From assembly GCA_051294905.1 (NCBI GenBank), contig CM119373.1, positions 1,552,001-1,616,000 of the forward strand: a DNA stretch of 64,000 bases, read 5' to 3'. Below, piece after piece: positions 38,042 through 48,781 of the stretch. The notes beneath the pieces were generated by a model. The model was not told the DNA's origin. It did no database searches and was given only the letters and a program-made list of their open reading frames with translations. The translations under genes and the position numbers were made by a program. Every line of letters starts with the position of its first letter. Within the stretch, counting starts at the first letter, position 1. Source of the DNA: Botryllus schlosseri. Taxonomy: Eukaryota.

Positions 38042-41000
38042 TTTAACGCAGAGCGAATGTTTGTAGTTGTATAATTGTATATCTGACTCCAAGAAGGTTG
38101 CGTTTACAATTCGCTGCGTGTTTCTTCTTTTGACGGACCGGCGTAACCGGGCCGTACGGCCTTGTTGGCTGGCGTACCACGAAGCCTGTCTATTGCACAC
38201 GTATTCGATGGATCACACTGACGAATATATTTTGTTTCCGTCTCCACGACTTGTAACTTTATTGGATCACGTACGGCAATACAACGGACTTCCGAATCAG
38301 CGAAATATCATGAACCGAATGACCGTCTCTCATAGCCACGAGAGATTACATGCACACATTGTTATCTACGTTCACACGACAAAATATACGACTCACAAAG
38401 GTCTTATCGGGTCTCGGTTCAGGGAATTACGTAAGTCCACAACACTCCCTATTGAATATTATTAAAATGGCGTTATACCAATATACTCCGTTAAAAGTTC
38501 CCCCTTCCCACCAAAATAACTTGGTGTAAAAAAAACGAGTATATTGGTCAATATCTCAAACCTAAGGTCAAACAACATATGGACTGGGGCTAATCATAGG
38601 GACTGGAGACAGGAAACGATTTTATATGCAGGGGCAAAAGTAAACTAATGAAACGAAATACCATCCAAGCGTAGCAGCGTGGCAAGCGTGGCGAGCGTGG
38701 CGAGCGTGGCAAGCGTGAAACACTATTTTACATAACCATCTCGGAATGACTCGCAATATCATCGTTCCGTCATACCAACTGAAACTCAGATCAATAAGAG
38801 TTAGCATTCAACACAATCAAGAAATAAAAGACATAATATAACTAGCACCAAAAGCGGTACCATCAGCGACATTAAAGGTCACTTCGCATGTAATAATAAC
38901 ATGATATCATCAATACAATAAAAGAGACATAATAATGAGCCCAAAAGCGATACCATAGAGACAATCACAATCTCATTGCATGCAACAAAATACCATCATT
39001 AAACACAAATGCAGAACTAAAATATTAATAGCACAAAAGCGGGCATACACGAGCCTAACATTCTGATGTCCGCACATATTCCTACAACGCATACTTTAGC
39101 AACGAACGTCGGTGACCCCACCGTACATTCTACGACAGGAGTCACAACATGATGCAGCAATCCTGCATTTACATAACATATCACTGTATAAAGCGCAATT
39201 TAACCGCGTCTATCTTTACTCTACGCGATTCAACAATCGATGAAGCAGCAATCCTGCGTTTACACAACATATCAATGCATAAGGCACAATTTTCATCACG
39301 CATATCTTTATCCTACGCGATTTAATGCAACACGTAATCATTCAAATGTCTTGGTCTAACAATTCGTCTCCCTCTGGACGTATATCTTGGACTTGACTCG
39401 TTGAGAGTTCTGCCTTCATTACATGTTTGGGTCTTAGATTTGGATTCATGCCCATTATTATCGCGATCGACATCAACAGGTAAGCATTCAGATATACGCT
39501 CTCGAGACGCGTCACAAACACAACCCAGACAGTCGCTACCGCTGTCATCACAACTAGACGAAATTACATGTACGTCACCCGGATTTCCCGCGGAGTTTAG
39601 TACCACTCTGTCCGCATCAACGGGCGGAAACTGCCGAACAAAATCATCGAGCACGTCGTTATCTACATCAAATGGCGGAAAGTAACACCAGTCTGTTCAT
39701 GCAGACTACTGAAATACAAATCAACAACATTAGGCGATCAAAAAAACACAAACATCACTTAATACCTCAAAACAACACATACACGATATTATGACAACAT
39801 TAAAGGATACATTACATTGGGCATTCAGAAAACCGATAATATCACTCGCACGCAAACTAATTAGAAAGATACCGTTATGGGTATTTAAAAAAATCGAATA
39901 TTCACCTGCAATCATTTTATTCTAAATTGATATGAAACTTCCTAATTCATATCACGTAGCATTTAACATTGGTATATACCAACTGAACGAGAGTGTGCCC
40001 TATTTATTGTATTACATGCAAAGCAATGTTTGCAAATATCATGCACTACCGCGGTGCATATTTTCTCAATGATATACTCAACATAAGGGTATCGTCGTAT
40101 GGCAGAGGCCTAATATCTCTTCAAAAGGCTTGCAATACATCATCATTCATCACATATACATATCAAGCTATTCAGCTATTGGATGCATCATGGCATCGAA
40201 TAAATAGGGTAGCCTTCTTGCCACGGGTTTACCCGCACATATCTCTTATCAAAACATTATGCTATATAAGCACCTGCGTCCTACAGCTCTAGCAGCGGAG
40301 GATTTGACTCACAGGAAATGCGACCCCTACCTGGGTTTAGAAACCAATGATTGCAAGTTACTTTAAAAAACTATACTTTGCTAATATCCCAATAACAGTA
40401 GCCAACTATAACGTCGTAGTGCAAGAGAATAACATCGATCTACCTTACATTTTCCTAATCCGTGTGATGCATGCTTGGAGCACCACTGTCCGCAAATCTG
40501 CACAACTTCTGCGATTTCAGAGTATTTTCTGACACTGCAGACGTCTTCTTCATTGTTGTCTTCTGTCTGGCGTATTGATCGTCGAAAGCACAACCCCGCT
40601 TCATTTCTTCCTGGCAATAACGTCTCGTCGTTTTCTCTGAATGGTCTTTTGGTCTTTCTCGCCGTTGTACCAGGCGAATCTTTATATTGATTTCTTCGGT
40701 CAGCCGGTCGGTCTTGATTAATTGAACGTCGGAAGGTCAACCATATAACGCAGAGCGAATGTTTGTAGTTGTATAATTGTATATCTGACTTCAAGAAGGT
40801 TGCGTTTACAATTCGCTGCGTGTTTCCTCTTTTGACGGACCGGCGTAACCGGGCCGTACGGCCTTGTTGGCTGGCGTACCACGAAGCCTGTCTATTGCAC
40901 ACGTATTCGATGGATCACACTGACGAATATATTTTGTTTCCGTCTCCACGACTTGTAACTTTATTGGATCACGTACGGCAATACAACGGACTTCCGAATC

Positions 41001-41197
41001 AGCGAAATATCATGAACCGAATGACCGTCTCTCATAGCCACGAGAGATTACATGCACACATTGTTATCTACGTTCACACGACAAAATATACGACTCACAA
41101 AGATCTTATCGGGTCTCGGTTCAGGGAATTACGTAAGTCCACAACACTCCCTATTGAATATTATTAAAATGGCGTTATACCAATATACTCCGTTAAA
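38042..41197 (-). mobile_element. Young non-autonomous LTR retrotransposon with non-canonical TT...AA termini
   Basis: 454-bp LTRs at 38042-38495 and 40744-41197 (4 differences seen, no indels) and a 5-bp TSD TCGTG (38037-38041, 41198-41202). On minus there is a PBS-like TGGTTGACCTTCCGACGT (40743-40726), a PPT GGTGGGAAGGGGGAAC (38512-38497) and AATAAA within the LTR. There is no recognisable gag/RT. ORF 39322-39654 ends RYTSRGRRIVRPRHLNDYV, like Ty3/Gypsy pol C-termini. Confidence 0.92.
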
Positions 41198-41275
41198 TCG
41201 TGCGATACTGAGATCTAATATATTGAAAATGTAAATCACTGTGAATAATTATTGTAGAAATTGTATCTCCTCCAG

Positions 41276-41443
41276 CTGCAGAAACTGACCATCTTCGATA
41301 GTACAATGCCACCGGACGCATATTATGACGTGGCAGCCGTTGTCAAAGCCACCAAATGTACATGGGTGCATTTCGGACAATGCGATCTGTCAAAGCAGAA
41401 ATTGGAATGCTTGGGGATGGGCTGCAAAGAAAGCCAGGTCTCG
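41276..41443 (+). CDS. LRR (NLR-like) gene, B-type exon (168 nt, phase 0/0)
   Basis: Acceptor TCTCCTCCAG and donor TCG|GTAAGT. Translates LQKLTIFDSTMPPDAYYDVAAVVKATKCTWVHFGQCDLSKQKLECLGMGCKESQVS, which aligns without gaps to the A-type exons. Confidence 0.85.
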
Positions 41444-43376
41444 GTAAGTTCGTACCATTTTTACGTCATATACATTTCAATGAGAGGAAATCTAATTCGA
41501 AAACAAACATATTTCGAATTCGAAAACTAACAACGATTTACACAACGAAAGATTAATCCCATCAATATGAATACAAATGTTTGGCTAGTATTTTGATTTG
41601 ATCGATATGTGTTTCAAGCCACGGAATAGTGTGTTCTGTTCAACATTGGGTGGAATGGTATTGCCGTCACGGCAAATATCAGACTCATATTTGAGCTATC
41701 AAACATATGACTGCAATTTCGTAAATACATGGTGCTTGTTGATGTTTTTGTTTATTGAAAGAGGAATTTTGCGCTTATCACCGCTTGGTCTTTTGCACCA
41801 CGGTCAATAATGACGCAAGAAATGAAAAGCAGTCAATGGTGGCCTACGTACTGGATAGGACACATAATATTGAAAATAGCATTTCAGCAAAAAGTAAAAA
41901 TGTCATAGCCAGAAAAAGGAAATTTCGGAGCGATGGGATAATAAAACAATAATTCGCAAATGATGGTTGCAGAATCTGAAACTTGAGGGAAGTGGGCGCA
42001 AGATGATGCAATTGGAAATACAAACAGAACGATAGAATATATAACAGTCCAACAGAGCTTTCACTTAATCCAATTAGTCAAATGAATGCAGATTATATAA
42101 AAACTACCACAAAATGATATGCAATTAATATCTCAGTCATGATGTTGTTTGTATTCCTCACGGATCACATACAATAATGATACGTTATCAATTATTATTT
42201 GTTTTCACCCAAATTGTCAAAGTCGTGGACAAAATTTGGTTTTGTTTATTCCGACACTTGAAAGACAATGCACATTTGAGTCGATGAAAAACTACCTCTT
42301 GCAAGATTTATGAAGCCGCTTTGATTAAACTTCAGGACTCAGACCGTTTACAACAGCATAAAGAATAGATTCCGCATTCGGGAAAGACTTCTATATTCGG
42401 TAATTTTATTGTGGGATTCTGAGAAATAATTTGCCGCCATTACTTTCTTTTGTAAAGGGGAATTGACTTTTGGTACAAATCCTTTACTATTGCCCAAATT
42501 ATTTGTTTCAATTTTGTTCTGTGTAGAGCAGCTACTTGTTTTATAAATTTAACCTGCCATTGGTAAGTTTGTTTTCCAAGCGATGTGTCATATTGCATTC
42601 ATTTAATGTATAATCATGCATATTGTATTATTTGCGACACACGATCAGAATTATTTTGCTGTCCAATACTTATTGATTTTAAAACCTCGATCCTCATGAT
42701 TCAGCTGGTTGAATTGACATCACCAACATATCGAAATAGGATTATAATATTCACCTATATGTAGTGGCCCGGCCAAGGGCAAAAGAACTCGGGTCTCCTT
42801 CAGAATGGTTACTTGTTTCCGGTGACGCCATTTGTGCACACTGTCAAAATATATATTCGTAAGGTCACATCTCTATTTAGTTTCTTACAAAATGAAAATG
42901 AGAATTTTCATCTCGACTTCTCCAATGAATTGATGGTATTCAGATAATATCATAAATCTCGTCGAAAAATAATGCAGATTGTAGATTTTAAGATATATAT
43001 GCTACATCGTCATTTTAGGCCCGAAGCGCTGGGTTAAATCTTGTCTAGTTTGTAAAATTTTATGCCGCGGCTACGATTTATTAAAACAGGGAAATAAAAT
43101 ATATAAAACTTCCTTAATTGTTTTGACAAATGATATGGGCGCACCTACGTCCAGCTTAAACACATATGCCAACGCGATAATAGAACATGGTGCAGAAGTC
43201 ATGGTCAAGTTTCAAAACAAATATAGCCTTTAGCGGGGCTATATCGTTAAACATATGTTATATCTTATATAAAACATACTATGTAATATATTCGATCATC
43301 CTTCCACAAAGGGCTTTTTAACGTATGGGTTGCAACCTAAATGATTCAGTCAAAATACATATTCATATTGAAATGA

Positions 43377-43420
43377 ACCCGAATATTTTCGGCTGACACT
43401 CGTCAGGGGTAATCGTCAGC
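43377..43420 (-). ncRNA. Minimal type I hammerhead ribozyme, intact core
   Basis: Exact reverse complement of 43892-43935. Confidence 0.85.
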
Positions 43421-43891
43421 AACTAGTAGAGAATTGGAAAGAACATTGTATATCAACAATCGTATCACAAAATAAGACGTCACCAGCATGAAATTTCGAA
43501 TGAGAGAGCGTTCAATGTACTATTTTTAGGTGATACACGAACTCCTTTTGTTGACAGAGTTTTGGTTGGTGTATTTTGATAAAAGTTGATTCCAAGGCAC
43601 ACAAATGGAATTGTGAACGGCCTCGCCCTAGGATTCGAAATCGGTCGTCTCGATAATTATTCGCACATATCGGATTATCCAACAGATGTTTGCCGGTGGC
43701 AGAATTAATGGCCTTTGATCGATCAACTTTTATCAAAATATACCAACCAAAACTCTGTCAACAAAAGGAGTTCGTGTATCACCTAAAAATAGTACATTGA
43801 ACGCTCTCTCATTCGAAATTTCATGCTGGTGACGTCATATTTTGTGATACGATTGTTGATATACAATGTTCTTTCCAATTCTCTACTAGTT

Positions 43892-43935
43892 GCTGACGAT
43901 TACCCCTGACGAGTGTCAGCCGAAAATATTCGGGT
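43892..43935 (+). ncRNA. Minimal type I hammerhead ribozyme, intact core; predicted cleavage after C43931
   Basis: Stem I ACCC(43902-05)/GGGT(43932-35), core CTGACGA (43906-12), G-C closing a 7-nt loop TGTCAGC, GAAA (43922-25), palindromic stem III AATATT and a UUC triplet. It lies in a PLE pseudo-LTR, where such ribozymes are known to occur. Confidence 0.87.
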
Positions 43936-44009
43936 TCATTTCAATATGAATATACTATTTAATTGTATATTGAAGTTCTCCAAGAAGCTCTTTAAATGGG
44001 AATTGCGAA

Positions 44010-47000
44010 CAGAGGTGGTCAAAGTAGTGAAGAAAGCTACGTAATTAGAAGTAGTAGTAGCTACAAAAAATCTAATCAAATACGAGTAGAAGTACTTTTC
44101 CATTAGAAACTTAAAACTACTTGAAGTAGAAGTAGAATTGACTGACTTTAAATCTACTCAAGTAAGTAGGTAGTTGTGAAAACGATCGTCATTCGTTCTC
44201 ATGAATTGTCTAAAGCAGTGTTTCTTAACCTTGCTTCGAGCGCCCCCCAAAGGGCGCTGGCGATTTTGAAGGGGCGGAACGCTCAGGGGGCGATATGGGG
44301 GGCGCTGGGATCAGGGAGGCGATATGGAGGCGCTGAAGAAAAATGGCTTCGCAGTAGCCGATATAGTAGTAGGATATATCCTTATCCACCGAAATTATGC
44401 GACGGGGTTCTCGCTCCCAGATGTTTGGTTATTCACTCTATGGGTGCGCATTGCGCAAGACAATTGGTTTTAAGGGACTAACGAAGTGCTGTTATGACCC
44501 GCCCTCATACCCATTGACTTTATTACAGTCCTTACAATCAATGTTCCCTCTAATTTTTCACGAGTCTGCGCAAACACGCCAACTCACTGCGCAGGCCCTC
44601 GGACAACAATGCGCAACCAGGCCCCCATAGGGTGATAAACTAACTGCTGGGGGCTTGGCCCCCAGACCCCCCTACAGCTCTACGCTTTTTGCTGGTAGCC
44701 TACTTATCATACCTACATTGGATGCCCGTTTAGTGGTCGTGTCGCCTGAACGCGCAATGCGCGAAAAATTTATATAACTCATGATTGAATCGGTCAATAT
44801 GATAGGGATTGCATATATATTGCTATCAATTTTTATCCTCTCTCTGATCACATAATCAGATTTACCGGAAGAGCTCATCGAGTGAGGTGTTTTGGAATAG
44901 ATAGGCCCTAAAAATAATAATAAAACATCTTCGGGCGTACCCGTTGGTATAATGACTTCGTTAAATGATGCTATTTCCTAGCCTCGTATCTGCTAAAGTC
45001 AAAAGACATTGAAATCGCCCAAACGTACTAAACTAAAAGACGCACACGGTTTCAAATTAGTATTTCTTTACTGGCAAATAATGTACCCTCGATATGGCAT
45101 TTGTCTTGCTGTAGGACTCGAATCGCCAGGACAGGAACATTCGGCACCAGCCATTTAGGCGTCCCAGGACAATTAAACATATATATATATCGAAGTTTTC
45201 GGTCAGCACAAGGGCAGTCCTTTTCGGCTAAGGTTTTCTCGCTGCTGATCGTTCTAGCGCACCTCTCGGAGTCGAATATATTACATAGCCTATAACTTCA
45301 GCTGTCCTGGTGCGTCGTGGTACGTTAATGGCCGACGCCCAAGTGCCCATTTCTATAAATCATGCGTATTTTTTTGTTGGAAAGGGTACCCAATATTCAA
45401 GATATTCGACAATACTAAATCGCGCGTAGCGCGAAAAAAATATTTAAAAAATTCCAAAAAATGATTTATATTAATTCACGTAATAATTTTGGGCAACCTT
45501 CGTGCTCGGACCCTCCAATTGGGGGGTTTGGGGTGCGGCAGTTACGGTCCTGAGTAAATCTTACGCAATGTTCATGCCACGCGAAGAAGACTAATCGTTA
45601 GTTTCTCGCAGATTAACTTCGAGCTAGCCCACTGTTATTTATAACTTTGTTAAACCATGTTATTTCGCCATTCCTAGAAAATAATGCGCATTGAAATTAT
45701 ATCAGTATCGCTCACGCGTACAAGGCCATACAAAAAAATCTCTTTCGTGAGGCGCACGTGATTGCAAATTCTCATTTCTTCACGGAGCGCAATATTTAAC
45801 TTTGCCGGCTGCACTTGTACCTCGGTTTCAGACTTCAGTTAATAACAACATTTTCCCCTGGCAATGTTCCCTCCAATTTTTCACGAGTTTGCGCGCCTGC
45901 GTGGTCGATTGGACAACAGTGCGCAACGACTAAAACAAATATCACTTCGGATTTTTTTGTGCGCAGCTTAGATTTTCTGTGCGCAGAGACCGTTTCAGCA
46001 CTGCGCATTTGGGCACGTTCGCAGCTTAGAGGGAACATTGCTTACAATATGGGGGAGGGGCGCTCGCTGGAGCACGATATTATTTGAAAGGGGGCGCTGG
46101 AGGAAAGAAGCTTAAGAACCACTGGTCTAAAGCTGCGAATTGAGCTATGCGAAAGTTGCAGAGCTTGAGTCATATTGATGCATAGCAGGAGGTATCCAAT
46201 TTCCGACACCATAACCATTCGTCCGCATCATGGAATGAGAATGAGAGTATTGATATGGAAATGCGATACTAATCCTCTGTTTGCTCGAACAGCCCATTTT
46301 AGAAAATATCATGGTATGGCGTCCTCCCCCATATTATGAGGCCCGTAGTTTAGTCGAAGAGCAATACGGAAAAGTTGTATCGTATTCGATGTAAACATTT
46401 GCGCGGTTAGTAAACGTTAATAAGAAACATGGTGGATCGCAAGGATGCCATATTGTGTAGCTTTATTTCCGAAAATTAAGAGCATCACTACACTTGCTTT
46501 TACACTTCAGCATGTATGTTCACCAGGTAGAAGAACTGAAACTAAATAAAACTTTGAACAATGATACTACGAATTGAACAAGCAATACCAATACTAGTTC
46601 AGAAAAGCGGAAAATGTATTTCATGTCTTTGTCGGTACAATTTTAACGGTTGTCTGCTAAGACTAGAGCCCACTTTTCCAGATTATGACAAGCCATGGGA
46701 TGCTAGAATAAGATATGATGGGTAAATGCAAGATTGCCAAACGGTAGTTTCAAACGTTATGACGGGCCATATTTAATGTGTTGAAATATGTCATATGGGT
46801 GACAATGCGGTGCGAAAGGGGCCATACAACCTGCTACCTAAATAATATTCACTTTCGTGAAAACTTATTTGTAACTCCCATAATAACTTTGTGAAAAGCG
46901 CGACGGAAATTCTTTGTTTGACCTAAATTTTCTTAAAACTGAATGTTAGAACTCTGTGAAAACAGTCCGAGAATTCCCCAGTTTCTCTCTCTAAATGGAT

Positions 47001-47148
47001 GGTTATACTATCTCTACTTGACAAACTGAAAATAGCGAAAAGTAAGTAAGTAGATCACAAAATATGACGAAGTAGAAGTAGAAGTAGAAGAGGAAAACTA
47101 CTTGGGTGCTTCGAAAAAGTAGAAGTACTTCGTTACTGACCACCTCTG
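44010..47148. mobile_element. Old hAT-like element hosting a nested hAT
   Basis: TIR CAGAGGTGGTCA / TGACCACCTCTG, AGTAGAAGTA subterminal repeats at both ends, and a degenerate TSD (ATTGCGAA / GTCGCGAA). Confidence 0.75.
44216..46124. mobile_element. Non-autonomous hAT element
   Basis: Termini CAGTGTTTCTTAA / TTAAGAACCACTG, perfect 8-bp TSD GTCTAAAG (44208-44215, 46125-46132), and GGGGCG subterminal repeats. Confidence 0.92.
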
Positions 47149-47653
47149 GTCGCGAATGATACAAATTTGAGTTGCTACCGCACCAGAGTAATCGGATAAT
47201 ATGTATGTAATATTGGCTGGACTTCCTGCGGCGAAAAATGTTCATCGGACTTGCCGCAATCACAAGTGTGCGAGTCCATTGTGTTCTATAGCCAATACGA
47301 GGTCCGTGCTGAAAAGTTGTCACGACAATCTGCCTTTATCTTGAATATGTACCGACTTTGTAAAACATAACTTGATTAGATGTGATAGTAGGATTTACCT
47401 GGAATTTAGTCAAGTTCTATTTTCGATCAAATTCACAAAAGATTTGATAAAACGTTCAACCGTGACCCGCGATATCTTATAAGTTATCGTGTATAGGCAC
47501 CGGTTAAAATTGAAGAATTGACGGTGATAAGGTATTGTCAAACTCAAGAAAACCTTTGCGCGGGCTACTTTGCGAACCTTGTCATATGTTAGATTTCCTG
47601 TGCTATCCTCGAATTGCTTTATTGCGAACATTCCCAGCAAGTTACCTAATCAC

Positions 47654-48513
47654 TAGGGCGGTTTTTGTTTTGACATGTCAAAATTTGTCAAAATTTTGTC
47701 AAAATTGTAGCGTTAGGTCAAAATTCGTCAAAATTGTTCATTGAGTCAAAATTCTTTTTGACGTCTGCATTTCGTTTGTATGGTTGATTTGGCACTGTCG
47801 GTGAACGTATCATTTGATATTTCACAGCTTTTAGCCTACTTTACAGGCCTATCGTGGTCAACGGCTAATTTCCTGCTCATTGTGAATCATAAACGGTCAA
47901 ATAAAACAAATAGTAGACATGGTATTATGGTCAACGTACCGCTATATCCTAACAAAAGAAAAACTTCTTGGGCATTGCATCGTACTATATTGAGAAGCGC
48001 ATGATAAAAAATTGTGATGTAGACATCATTGTCAGAATGAAGCAACACGGTGTGTCACCAGCAGTATACGCACAACTTGAGTGTTGTCAGTCAAAAACTG
48101 CTGCTGTTGAACGTCCTTGGCAAGTTTCTCAGTAAGGACATGCACTTTCTACCCAAGAATGTAGGAGAGTATCTCTCGTTGTACTACATTTTCCTTCCAC
48201 CATAATACGTATTGTAACCACTGAAATTCTTCATATGGGCAGATTTCGTTAAGATATTGTTTTTTTCATGTAAAAAGTTGACTGTTTCTCAGCCAAAAAC
48301 GTTATTTCAGGCCAAACTACTTCGTTAGGACAGCCAGTTCCAACCAGAAATGAAAATAAGTGGTACAATTTTAACATTATGCGGGAAAACACCTAATTTG
48401 CATACGTTAGGTCAAAATTTGGTCAAAATTCAGTTTGTTTAGGTCAAAAAAAGTCAAAATTTCAATTTTTCAGGTCAAAATATTCTTTTTTTAGGTCAAA
48501 AAAAAACGCCCTA
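47654..48513 (+). mobile_element. Non-autonomous hAT-like element (family A), complete
   Basis: Termini TAGGGCG / CGCCCTA, perfect 8-bp TSD CTAATCAC (47646-47653, 48514-48521), and GTCAAAA subterminal repeats. Confidence 0.92.
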
Positions 48514-48610
48514 CTAATCACATATGCGAATGTTGTTGTATAATACGAATTTGTGAATTATAATCGAAGATGGCCGCATTCTTGATAGTTGGATTGCATG
48601 TTGGTTTCAG

Positions 48611-48781
48611 ATTCCGCTCCTTGCAATTGACTGGTCCCATTCGACTGCAACTGAAGATGATGTATCATCTCTGTGCGATTTGATGACGTTTGCTGTACCG
48701 AAATTGGCTCTATTTAATTGGAACATTGATGCCGATGGGAGGCAGAGACTGCAAGATACACTTCAGCTTGGAAATTCAAAG
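48611..48781 (+). CDS. LRR (NLR-like) gene, penultimate exon (171 nt, phase 0/0)
   Basis: Acceptor TTGGTTTCAG and donor AAG|GTCAGA. Open 57 aa IPLLAIDWSHSTATEDDVSSLCDLMTFAVPKLALFNWNIDADGRQRLQDTLQLGNSK with degenerate LRR spacing. It is not in the ORF track. Confidence 0.7.

Larger units (their letters stand above)
31916..41443 (+). repeat. Tandem segmental duplication, copy Z (close to Y up to ~36640, much more diverged from ~36890)
   Basis: 31916-36640 matches 19636-24110 closely (ORF pairs 20599/32616, 21900/34605, 22648/35175). 36890-38041 plus 41198-41320 is a more distant colinear homolog of the X/Y sequence leading to the B-type exon. Confidence 0.85.
43359..43990. mobile_element. Penelope-like element 3' fragment (family 1) with inverted pseudo-LTR
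   Basis: Near-perfect 232-bp inverted arms at 43359-43590 / 43722-43953. Minus ORF 43512-43736 is a GIY-YIG C-terminus (SATGKHLLDNPICANNYRDDRFRILGRGRSQFHLCALESTFIKIHQPKLCQQKE). Confidence 0.92.

Noticed and set aside
38067..38465. 132-aa ORF duplicated at 40769-41167
   Set aside because: It lies wholly within the LTRs, antisense to the element, with no motif. The duplication reflects LTR identity.
38042..41197. DIRS/Ngaro tyrosine-recombinase element as an explanation for the TTT/AAA ends
   Set aside because: Simple direct LTRs, a 5-bp TSD, a PPT and a TGG-starting PBS indicate integrase-type insertion.
43359..43953. Inverted repeat as a DNA-transposon MITE or miRNA precursor
   Set aside because: The arms contain GIY-YIG coding sequence and a hammerhead, which indicates a Penelope-like inverted pseudo-LTR.
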